Shown here one piece after another: positions 45,212 through 53,971 of a stretch of 64,000 bases of DNA. The translations under genes and the position numbers were made by a program. The stretch's first letter is position 1. Each line of letters begins with the position of its first letter. The DNA lies in the NCBI GenBank assembly GCA_035571835.1, contig DATNBU010000034.1, positions 23,013-87,012 on the forward strand, written 5' to 3'. The notes beneath the pieces are model-generated. The model was given only the letters and a program-made list of their open reading frames with translations. It was not told where the DNA came from and ran no database searches. The DNA comes from Candidatus Limnocylindrales bacterium. GTDB taxonomy: Bacteria > Desulfobacterota > Binatia > UBA1149 > CAITLU01.

Positions 45212-47478
45212 GCACGCCGGCGGTCGCCTCCCGTCACCAACCGGCGGTCGCCTCCTGCCACGATCCGGCTCCGGCGTCCGCCGATTCTTCCCGGAGCGCA
45301 CGCGGCGCCAGCGCAAAACGAAGCGGTCTCCCGCTGATCGCCGTCGTCGGCAATCCGAACACCGGAAAGACGACGCTGTTCAACCGCCTCACGGGCCAGC
45401 GCGCGCGCGTCGGCAACTATCCCGGAATCACCGTCGATCGCCGTTCAGGACGAACCAGTCTTGGCAGCCGCGGCAGTACGCCGATCGATGCCGAAGTGTT
45501 CGACGTTCCGGGCTGCTACTCGCTGTCGGCGCGTTCGAGCGAAGAGAAGATTGCGATCGATGCGATCCTCGGCTGGAACGGCAATCCGCGTCCCGACCTT
45601 GCGCTGATCGTCGTCGATGCGACCCAGCTCGTACGCAACCTCTACCTGGTCCTGCAGATCCTCGAGCTCGGCGTTCGCGCGGTCGTCGCGCTCAACCTGA
45701 TCGATGAAGCGGGTGACGCGGTGCCCGATGCCCGTGCGCTTTCGCTGCTGCTCGGAGTTCCATGCATTCCGACTTCGGCGCGAAGCGGTCAGGGCGTGGC
45801 CGAGCTCGAAGCGGCTGTCGCGGCCAGCCTCCAGTCGCCGCCGGCGGCTCCGCACGTCCACATCCGCTATCCGCATGCCGTCGTCGCGCACGCCGACCGC
45901 GTTGCCGATGCGATGCCGGCCGAATGGCTCGGCGACGATGTCGCGATCGAATGCGCGCACGTCGGTTCCGACCAGCTCGTGAGCCGGCGCCGTGCGCTCG
46001 CGCTGTGGGCGCTCACCAGCGTCCACGACGACGACGAGCTCGAGGGCATTCCGGCCGATCTTCGCGCACGCGTCGGTGAAGTTCGGGCCGCCGCGCGCGG
46101 ACGCGACATCGACGGCGAGATCATCGGTGCGCGCTACGAATTCCTCGACGCGCACGTACCGTCTCTGTTCGCTCCGGCGCGCACTGCAATCCTTACCGAG
46201 CGCATCGACTCGGTGCTGCTCCATCCGGTGTGGGGTTTCGCGACGTTCATGGTCGTCATGTTCGTCGTCTTCCAGTCGCTGTTCGCGTGGGCCGATCCGG
46301 CGATCAAGCTGATCGAGACGGCATTCGCCGCGCTCGGCGGATGGCTCACGGCCGTGCTGCCGGCCGGCGTTCTCACCGATCTGCTGGTGGACGGCGTGAT
46401 CGGCGGCGTCGGCAACGTGCTGGTCTTCCTGCCGCAGATCCTGCTCCTTTTCCTGATGCTCGGCGTGCTCGAAGACTCCGGATACCTCGCGCGCGTCGCG
46501 TACCTGATGGACCGCATCATGAAGTCGGTCGGCCTGCACGGCCGCGCGTTCGTGCCGATGCTGTCGGGCTTTTCGTGCGCGATCCCGGCGATCATGGCGA
46601 CGCGCACGATGGAGAGCCGGCGCGACCGCCTGCTGACGATGATGGTGATCCCGCTGATGACGTGCTCGGCGCGGCTTCCGGTCTACACGCTGATCATCGC
46701 GGCGCTGTATCCGCCGTCGAAGATGTTCGGCGTCGTGCCGGTGCAGGGCCTCCTGATGATCGCGATGTACCTGTTCAGCACCGCCACGGCGCTTGCCGCC
46801 GCTGCGGTGTTCGGCCGCACGGTGCTGCGCGGCCCGCGTGTTCCGCTCATCCTCGAGCTTCCGCCGTACCGCATGCCGATGGTGCGCAGCGTCCTGCAGC
46901 TCATGTGGCTGCGCTCGAAGATGTTCCTGACCGAAGCGGGCAGCGTGATCCTGTGGTGCACGATCGGGCTGTGGGTGCTGCTGTCGTTCCCGAAGCTTCC
47001 CGAGCCGCCGGCCGATGCGCCGCCGGCGGCCCACGCGCAGTGGGAAGCCGATTCGCTGGCGAACAGCTTCGGCGGCCGCATGGGCAAAGCGCTCGAGCCG
47101 GCGATCGCTCCGCTCGGCTTCGACTGGAAGATCGGCGTCGGCATCGTCGGCGCGTTCGCCGCGCGCGAGGTGTTCGTCTCGACGATGGGCGTCATCTACG
47201 GGGTCGGCGACAAGTCCGACGAAACCAGCGTCACGCTGCGCGACAAGATGCGCGCCGACGTGCACGCCAACGGACGCCCGGTCTACAGCCCGCTCGTCGG
47301 GCTTTCGCTGATGGTCTTCTTCGCTCTCGCCTGCCAGTGCATGAGCACGCTCGCCGTCGTGCGGCGCGAGACCGGCGGATGGCGGTGGCCGGCGTTCCTG
47401 TTCGCGTACATGACCGTGCTGGCCTGGGTCGCGAGCTTCGCGGTCTACCAGGGCGGAAAGCTCGCAGGGCTCGGCTGA
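45208..47478 (+). CDS. feoB: Ferrous iron transporter FeoB
   Basis: G-domain AVVGNPNTGKTTLFNRLTG...VGNYPGITVD...DVPGCYSL plus a polytopic C-terminal domain. The GTG start overlaps the feoA stop (GTGA). Confidence 0.93.
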   Translation: MSTPAVASRHQPAVASCHDPAPASADSSRSARGASAKRSGLPLIAVVGNPNTGKTTLFNRLTGQRARVGNYPGITVDRRSGRTSLGSRGSTPIDAEVFDVPGCYSLSARSSEEKIAIDAILGWNGNPRPDLALIVVDATQLVRNLYLVLQILELGVRAVVALNLIDEAGDAVPDARALSLLLGVPCIPTSARSGQGVAELEAAVAASLQSPPAAPHVHIRYPHAVVAHADRVADAMPAEWLGDDVAIECAHVGSDQLVSRRRALALWALTSVHDDDELEGIPADLRARVGEVRAAARGRDIDGEIIGARYEFLDAHVPSLFAPARTAILTERIDSVLLHPVWGFATFMVVMFVVFQSLFAWADPAIKLIETAFAALGGWLTAVLPAGVLTDLLVDGVIGGVGNVLVFLPQILLLFLMLGVLEDSGYLARVAYLMDRIMKSVGLHGRAFVPMLSGFSCAIPAIMATRTMESRRDRLLTMMVIPLMTCSARLPVYTLIIAALYPPSKMFGVVPVQGLLMIAMYLFSTATALAAAAVFGRTVLRGPRVPLILELPPYRMPMVRSVLQLMWLRSKMFLTEAGSVILWCTIGLWVLLSFPKLPEPPADAPPAAHAQWEADSLANSFGGRMGKALEPAIAPLGFDWKIGVGIVGAFAAREVFVSTMGVIYGVGDKSDETSVTLRDKMRADVHANGRPVYSPLVGLSLMVFFALACQCMSTLAVVRRETGGWRWPAFLFAYMTVLAWVASFAVYQGGKLAGLG

Positions 47479-47537
47479 CGGACTGCCGGTCGCCGTTGCC
47501 GGCTTTCGGTTTTGCTGCGGCAGTGTAGAAGCCGGCC

Positions 47538-49466
47538 ATGTGCGGCATCGTTGCAATCGTCACCAACGATCGGCGCGTTGATCACGACGCGCTGGACGCC
47601 GGCGTGCGGGCGCTGTTCCACCGTGGTCCCGACGCGCAGCGCACGTGGATCTCGACCGACGGTCACGCCGGGCTCGGGCACGCGCGCCTTTCGATCATCG
47701 ACCTGTCGACGGGAGACCAGCCGCTCGAGAACGAAGACGGCCGCATCCACGGTGTCGTCAACGGCGAGCTCTACGGCTACGAGCGGATCCAGCGCGAGCT
47801 CGAAGCGCGCGGGCACCGCCTCCGCACGCGCAGCGACAGCGAGATTGCGCTCCATCTCTACGAGGATCTCGGCCCCGCATGCCTGAAGGAGCTGCGCGGC
47901 GAGTTCGCATTCGTGCTGTGGGACGATGCGGATAAAACGCTGTTTGCCGCGCGCGACCGCTTCGGCATCAAGCCGCTTTTCTACGCGGAGCACGCGGGCT
48001 CGCTCCATGTCGCGTCCGAGATCAAGGCGCTGTTCGCCGCCGGAGTTCCCGCGCGCTGGGATCACGAGTCGTTCTTCGACGCCAACAGCCTGATCGTGCC
48101 GCGCCAGGACCGCACGCTGTTCGCCGGCATCCGGCAGGTGCCGCCCGGTCACTATCTGCTCGCACGCGACGGCCGCATCGACGTTGTCTGCTACTGGGAC
48201 TTCGACTACCCGCTTACCGGTGCAATTGCGCCGCGCAGCGATGGGGAGTGCGCCGAGGCGTTCCATGCCGCTCTCGACGAGGCCGTGCGCCTGCGGCTGC
48301 GCGCCGACGTTCCGGTCGGCTGCTATCTGAGCGGCGGCATCGACTCGTGTGCCGTGCTCGGGCTCGCCATGCGGCACCGGACGACGCCGATCCGTACGTT
48401 CACGCTCAGCTTCGACCGCGCAGAGTACGACGAGAAAGCGATCGCGAAGGAAATGGCCGAGCGCTGCGGCGCCGAGTTCCATCCGATCCCGCTTCACCAG
48501 AGCGATCTTGCCGACTGCTTCGGCGATGTGATCGCGCACGGCGAGACGCTGTGTCTCAACGCGCACGGCGTTGCCAAATTCGTGCTCAGCCGTGCGGTGC
48601 GCGAAGCCGGCTACAAGGTGGTGCTGACCGGCGAAGGATCGGACGAGATTCTCGGCGGATATCCGCCGTTCCGGCGCGACATGCTGCTCTACGACAACGA
48701 CGGGCAGGATCCGGCCGTCGTCCGCGGCCTTCTCGAAGAGCTCGACAACGCAAATCCTGTCTCTCGTGGACTGCTGCTGCCCGACGGTGCGCAGCTCCCG
48801 CTCGACGGTGTACGCGACGTTCTCGGTTTCGCGCCGTCGTGGATGGAGGCGTTCGGAAGCACGGGGTTCAAGCTGCACCGGCTGTTCGCCTCCGATTTTG
48901 CTGCCCGCCACGACGGCCGCGATTCGTTCCGTGCCGTGCTCGACGGCATCGACGTCGCCGGTCAGCTCACCGGCCGGCCGCCGGTTCACCAGTCGCTGTA
49001 CCTGTGGGGAAAAACCCACCTCAACAACTACGTGCTCGCAATGCTCGGCGACCGCATGGAGATGGCGCATTCGGTCGAAGGACGCGTGCCGTTCCTCGAC
49101 CACCATCTGGTCGAGCTGGTGCGCTCGCTGCCCGTCCGGCAGAAGATCCGCGGCATGACCGAGAAGTACGTTCTTCGCGAAGCGGCGAGGCCGGTCCTGA
49201 CCGACACGGTCTACGGCCGCCACAAGCATCCGTTCACGAGCCCGCCGGTCGCGCTCGCACCCGACGAACGGCTGCACGAGCTGCTGCAGACGACACTTCG
49301 CGGGCCGTCGATGGAAGCGCTGCCGTTCTACGATCGCAGCAAAGTCGTCGGCCTGCTCGATTCGCTGCCGGCGATGGACGTGGCCGCTCGCACGGCGATC
49401 GATCCCGCGCTCATGGTGCTGCTGAGCGCATGCATGCTGCAGGAGCGCTTCCGACCGGCCTCGTGA
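47538..49466 (+). CDS. asnB: Asparagine synthase (glutamine-hydrolysing), AsnB family
   Basis: MCGIVAIV N-terminal nucleophile, HRGPD, and the PP-loop motif YLSGGIDSC. Confidence 0.92.
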   Translation: MCGIVAIVTNDRRVDHDALDAGVRALFHRGPDAQRTWISTDGHAGLGHARLSIIDLSTGDQPLENEDGRIHGVVNGELYGYERIQRELEARGHRLRTRSDSEIALHLYEDLGPACLKELRGEFAFVLWDDADKTLFAARDRFGIKPLFYAEHAGSLHVASEIKALFAAGVPARWDHESFFDANSLIVPRQDRTLFAGIRQVPPGHYLLARDGRIDVVCYWDFDYPLTGAIAPRSDGECAEAFHAALDEAVRLRLRADVPVGCYLSGGIDSCAVLGLAMRHRTTPIRTFTLSFDRAEYDEKAIAKEMAERCGAEFHPIPLHQSDLADCFGDVIAHGETLCLNAHGVAKFVLSRAVREAGYKVVLTGEGSDEILGGYPPFRRDMLLYDNDGQDPAVVRGLLEELDNANPVSRGLLLPDGAQLPLDGVRDVLGFAPSWMEAFGSTGFKLHRLFASDFAARHDGRDSFRAVLDGIDVAGQLTGRPPVHQSLYLWGKTHLNNYVLAMLGDRMEMAHSVEGRVPFLDHHLVELVRSLPVRQKIRGMTEKYVLREAARPVLTDTVYGRHKHPFTSPPVALAPDERLHELLQTTLRGPSMEALPFYDRSKVVGLLDSLPAMDVAARTAIDPALMVLLSACMLQERFRPAS

Positions 49467-49485
49467 TCGGCCCGGATTTCCGAAG

Positions 49486-51210
49486 ATGATGGTTGAACCG
49501 CATCCACCGGCGGCGCCGCCGCCAGCGCGCAGCCTGCGCCCGGCCCGGCTTGTCGCCGGCTGCCTGATCGCACTCTACGCAACCTACTTCAGCCTTTACA
49601 CATGCGTCGCCCACGGACGGCTCAAGACGTACGCGTTCGACCTCGGCACGTTCGACCAGGGCATCTGGCTTGCCGGTCACGGCACCAACTACTTCGTCAC
49701 GGTCAGGGGCCTGCATCTGCTCGGCGATCACGTGCGGCTGTTCTCGTTCGTGCTCGCACCGCTCTACTGGATCTGGGACGACGTACGCGCGCTGCTCGTG
49801 CTGCAGAGTATCGTGATCGCGGCCGCGGCCTGGCTGCTGCTGCGCATTGCCGAGCAGAAGGTGCCCGGTCACCGGTGGTTCGCACCGGCCGTAGCGGCGA
49901 GCTGGCTGCTTCATCCGGCCGTGCAGAACCTCAACCTCGATCACGCGCACCCGGACGCATTTGCGACGACGCTGCTGGTCGCGTCGATATGGTTCCTGCG
50001 CCGCGGCCAGCTGCCGGCGTTCTGGACGACTGCTGTTCTGGCCATGTCGTGCAAGGAGGACGTACCGCTGGTGTTCGTCGCGATGGGTCTGGTGCTGATG
50101 CTCGACCGGTCGCGACGGCGGCTGGGGACGGCGGTGCTTGCCGTTTCGGCGAGCTACTTCGCACTCTGCATGCTCGTCATTCTTCCGCACTTCAACGGAG
50201 TGGGGTTCTTCCGTTTCGACGAGCAGTACTTTCTCGGCGGCGTGGGCGCGCATCACACCGACCTGTCGTGGATCTATCATCGGCTGGCACGGACCGAGAG
50301 CGTGACGTACCTCGCCTCGCTCGGAGCGCCGCTGTTGTTCCTGTTCGTGCTTGCGCCGCTGTCGGTCGCACCGGCAATTCCGGCGCTGCTCGCCAACCTG
50401 CTGAGCGATGCCGGCTACATGCGAAGCTTTCAGTATCACTACCAGACGTCGGTGCTTCCGTTTCTCTACATCGGGGCGATCGACGGCTTTGCGTTCGCTG
50501 TCGGCTGGTTGAGGCAGCGCGAGGCGGGTCGCGCATCACGGATAGTGTCATGGCTCGTTCCGGCCGCGATCATGGTTGCGGTGGTCGCCGAAAACATTGC
50601 GTGGAGCAAGATTCCCGTTCACCGGATGGCCGACCTCGTCGGTGAGTGGAAATTTCTGCGCGTCGATCCGGAGCTCGCGCAGGTCCGGCGCGTGCTCTCG
50701 AAGATACCTCGCGATGCCGCAGTCTCCGCGGATTATTCGCTGGTGCCGCAGCTTGCGCACCGGCCGCTGATCTACATGTTCCCCAATCCGTTCCACATCA
50801 GTAACTGGGGCATCGACGGCGAGAACACGCACGACCCCGAAACCGTCGAATACGTCGTGGTACGCGACATCCCCGGACACGTGCCGGTTCGCCAGAACCT
50901 CGATGCCGTTCTCGACTCGAGGCGCTTCCGGCTGATTCACAGCGACCGCAGCACGAGCCTGTACCAGCGGGTCAAGCGCGTGGCGCTGAGCGAGCACGCA
51001 TCGTGCGGCGACTGGGACGGCGACGGCAAGGTGACGCTCGAAGACGTGCAATGGATTGCCGACGCGATCATGACCGGACACGAATGCCCGCTCGCCGTTT
51101 GCGACGCCGACGGCGATGGCAAGGCGGCAAACGCCGACGTGCTGCGCATCGGAAAACGCGCACGGAGTCGTTCGTATGAGCTGGCGTGTCCACCGCCGGC
51201 CGGTCCATGA
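49486..51210 (+). CDS. DUF2079-type polytopic membrane protein with C-terminal dockerin-like (EF-hand pair) module
   Basis: AHGRLKTYAFDLGTFDQGIWLAGHG...VRGLHLLGDHVRLFSFVLAPLYWIW is typical of DUF2079 as I remember it. C-terminal CGDWDGDGKVTLEDVQWIADAIMTG...CDADGDGKAANADVLRIG (51004-51153). Confidence 0.85.
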   Translation: MMVEPHPPAAPPPARSLRPARLVAGCLIALYATYFSLYTCVAHGRLKTYAFDLGTFDQGIWLAGHGTNYFVTVRGLHLLGDHVRLFSFVLAPLYWIWDDVRALLVLQSIVIAAAAWLLLRIAEQKVPGHRWFAPAVAASWLLHPAVQNLNLDHAHPDAFATTLLVASIWFLRRGQLPAFWTTAVLAMSCKEDVPLVFVAMGLVLMLDRSRRRLGTAVLAVSASYFALCMLVILPHFNGVGFFRFDEQYFLGGVGAHHTDLSWIYHRLARTESVTYLASLGAPLLFLFVLAPLSVAPAIPALLANLLSDAGYMRSFQYHYQTSVLPFLYIGAIDGFAFAVGWLRQREAGRASRIVSWLVPAAIMVAVVAENIAWSKIPVHRMADLVGEWKFLRVDPELAQVRRVLSKIPRDAAVSADYSLVPQLAHRPLIYMFPNPFHISNWGIDGENTHDPETVEYVVVRDIPGHVPVRQNLDAVLDSRRFRLIHSDRSTSLYQRVKRVALSEHASCGDWDGDGKVTLEDVQWIADAIMTGHECPLAVCDADGDGKAANADVLRIGKRARSRSYELACPPPAGP

Positions 51211-51318
51211 CCGCCGGCGCTTCGGTGGCCGCGGTCCTGCTCTCGCGCAGGAGGCAAAAAACCTGTAGCTGACCGATGCGCGCCGCCGTACCCGACGTTC
51301 GAAGAACAGGAGAATCCC

Positions 51319-52443
51319 GTGCTTTCAAAATTCGACGATTATCCGATTCATCAGACTCCCGAACCGGTCGCCCATCCGGCGTCGAGCGACCGCAACGTCT
51401 ACGATCGCTACTGGTTCAACGGCTACGCGAACGACGGCGAGTTCTATTTCGGCGTCGGGATGGGCCTGTATCCGCATCGCGGCATTCTCGATTGCGGCTT
51501 TTCGATTGCGCGTGACGGCGAGCAGCACAGCTTCCATGCCTCGCGGCGCGCGCCGAGCGAACCGTCGGAGACGGTGGTCGGTCCGTTTTCGATCGAAGTC
51601 GTCGAGCCGATGAAGCGCACGCGCGTGCGCCTCGAATCCAATTCGACGGGAATCGAGGTCGACCTCGAATTTACTGCACGGACGGCGTGCGTGGAGGAAG
51701 GGCGTCAGACGCGGCACTACGGCCAGCGCATCTTCATGGATGCGACGCGCTTCGCGCAGTACGGACGCTGGCAGGGAACGATCCGCTACGACGGCAAGAC
51801 GCTCGCGATCGATCGCGAGCGCGTATTCGGCACCAAGGATCGCTCTTGGGGAATCCGTCCGGTCGGTGCGCCCGAAATGGACGGTGCGCCGCGCATGGAG
51901 ATGCCGCAGTTCTTTTTCCTGTGGGCGCCGATCCAGTGGAAGACCCGCTGCACGCACTTCGCGACGTTCGAAGACAGCGACGGCCGCCCGTGGCACCAGG
52001 ACGGCGCGATCGTCCCGGTCTACGAGAGGCCCGACGACATCCCGGGAGTCAACGATCCTGCGATCCGCTACATGGCGAGGGTCGAGCACAAGCTCGAGTA
52101 CTTTCCCGGCATGCGGCGCGCACGGCGCGCCAATATCGCGCTCGTCGAGCGTGGCGGCGCGCGCCACGAGATCGCGCTCGAGTCGCTGCTGACGTTCCAG
52201 ATGAAAGGAATCGGCTACCAGCACCAGGAGTGGGGCCACGGCCACTGGAAAGGCGAGCTCGCGATGGCCGGCGAATCATGGAAACAGGCCGACCTCGATC
52301 CGCTCGCGTTCGACAACCTGCACACGCAGCAGGTCGTGCGCGCGACGATGAACGGCGAAGAAGGCGTCGGCGTGCTCGAGCAGATTGCGATCGGGCCGCA
52401 CGAGACGTCGGGGCTGACGGGGTTTCTCGATGGCGCGGAGTAG
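51319..52443 (+). CDS. Conserved hypothetical cytoplasmic protein
   Basis: 374 aa with a GTG start: MLSKFDDYPIHQTPEPVAHPASSDRNVYDRYWFNGY...FGTKDRSWGIRP...QHQEWGHGHWKG. It looks like a widespread family, but I cannot name it reliably. Confidence 0.75.
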   Translation: MLSKFDDYPIHQTPEPVAHPASSDRNVYDRYWFNGYANDGEFYFGVGMGLYPHRGILDCGFSIARDGEQHSFHASRRAPSEPSETVVGPFSIEVVEPMKRTRVRLESNSTGIEVDLEFTARTACVEEGRQTRHYGQRIFMDATRFAQYGRWQGTIRYDGKTLAIDRERVFGTKDRSWGIRPVGAPEMDGAPRMEMPQFFFLWAPIQWKTRCTHFATFEDSDGRPWHQDGAIVPVYERPDDIPGVNDPAIRYMARVEHKLEYFPGMRRARRANIALVERGGARHEIALESLLTFQMKGIGYQHQEWGHGHWKGELAMAGESWKQADLDPLAFDNLHTQQVVRATMNGEEGVGVLEQIAIGPHETSGLTGFLDGAE

Positions 52444-52487
52444 AGCAGGTCGAGCTCAAACTCTTCCGGTCGGTGCAACGGTTCCTG

Positions 52488-53483
52488 TCAGAAGCGTGGA
52501 GCCGTGGCTCCGGCGCCGACTGCGGCAAATGGCCGTCCACCGGGATCCTTGATGGTGACCTTGTCGAATTCGATCGACGTACACGGCGGCAGCGCGGCGT
52601 CGTCGCCGATCATCGGCGCCAGTGCGACTGCGCTGTTGCTGTTCACTTCCATTCCGCCTCCCACCGGTGTCGAGAAACCGAATGTCACGGGGATATCGCC
52701 GAGTGTCATCGGTCCGTTCGCATCGTTGATGGTGATTCGCCAGAGCATGCTCAGCGTCCATCCGCTATCGGCGGGCCCGTCGATCAGGCTATGACCATCG
52801 GATCGAGTGATTCCGCTGCAGGCCACGGTCACTTTGGTGAGGTGGCAACCGCCCGACGGAAGATTCAGCGACGTGCCGTCAGCCGCCGTCAGGCCCGCGC
52901 AGTCCGTGAGCACGCTTGCGCGCGTCCGGAAATCGCACTTGCCCTTCAGTCCATAGCTGTAAAAGGTCTGCGATCCTGAATCACCGCTTGGAACGACAGG
53001 CGCGCAGGCGTCCGTGTCGCTGCTCGTTTCCGTATTCGCCGTCGGATAATTGATGCCGGGACATGCTGCGTAGCTGCGTACCATGAGCGCCCGAACCCCG
53101 GACGCCGGCGCAGAATTGAAGCCGCAGCCGCCGTCCCCCGACGTACACGCATCGTAGGCAAGGCAGACGCCGTGTCCTGCGGCGACGGTGCAGGTCTTGG
53201 AGCTGCACGCCTCGACGCACTTCCGTTCGCCGCAGCAGCTGTTTTCATCCAGACACATCTGGCCTGCGGGGCACTCGCCGTCCGACTGGCAGTCGGCTCT
53301 GTCCTCGCACAGCGTATCTACAAAACACCTGCTCGCAGACCCATCGGCATCCCTGCCGCACAGACACGAGATCGTGCTGCGATCTTTATCGAGAGAATTA
53401 CCGCTTGCGGTTTCGGCGGCGAGAGTCGACGTCGCGAGTGGAAAGATCAACGCAGCCGCAATCGCCATCGTCATCGACTTCAT
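52488..53483 (-). CDS. Secreted Cys-rich protein of unknown function
   Basis: Start chosen at ATG 53483. Signal peptide MKSMTMAIAAALIFPLATSTLAAE. Disulfide-knot-like region CLCGRDADGSASRCFVDTLCEDRADCQSDGECPAGQMCLDENSCCGERKCVEAC, then a Cys-punctuated beta-rich C-terminal half. Confidence 0.75.
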   Translation of the reverse strand: MKSMTMAIAAALIFPLATSTLAAETASGNSLDKDRSTISCLCGRDADGSASRCFVDTLCEDRADCQSDGECPAGQMCLDENSCCGERKCVEACSSKTCTVAAGHGVCLAYDACTSGDGGCGFNSAPASGVRALMVRSYAACPGINYPTANTETSSDTDACAPVVPSGDSGSQTFYSYGLKGKCDFRTRASVLTDCAGLTAADGTSLNLPSGGCHLTKVTVACSGITRSDGHSLIDGPADSGWTLSMLWRITINDANGPMTLGDIPVTFGFSTPVGGGMEVNSNSAVALAPMIGDDAALPPCTSIEFDKVTIKDPGGRPFAAVGAGATAPRF

Positions 53484-53816
53484 AGACGGATACCTCGAAG
53501 GCTTCGGTGAGCTGGCAACATCGGCGCCGGTGCCAGCCAAAGTGTCGGTTCACGAGCTGGACAATTTGCAGCTCGCAGCAACGCATACACTCGTTCGGCC
53601 TACCCTTGTCAATGTCGTTCGGAATGTTTCTCGGCTTCACAAGTCGTACGACGCGCTTCCGAAGTACACGTGCACCGTCGTTGCATTGCCGCGTCGCCGA
53701 AAAAATTGGTGACCAATATCACGTATCGATAACGAGAAGAGACTGAAGTTGCTGTGAGTTTGCAGCAAAGTGATCGTCGAGCTCGTTCCTGTTCGTTCGT
53801 TCAGGACAAGTCCGCC

Positions 53817-53846
53817 TTGACACGAGAGTTGCCGGGCCAGTAGGTT
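53817..53846 (+). promoter_or_regulatory. Possible sigma-70-type promoter for the giant gene
   Basis: TTGACA (53817-53822), an 18-nt spacer, then TAGGTT (53841-53846), in the comparatively AT-rich divergent intergenic region. This is a sequence match only. Confidence 0.3.
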
Positions 53847-53971
53847 CCCGCCGGCTCTTCGCTTGATGCGTAGAGTTTCAAGGGGGCCATCATGACGGCC
53901 GCACTCTTTCTGTCCGCTCTGTATCCTTTGTCGTTTTTATTCGTCTTTCCCGTGCTCGCACCGAGTTCACG

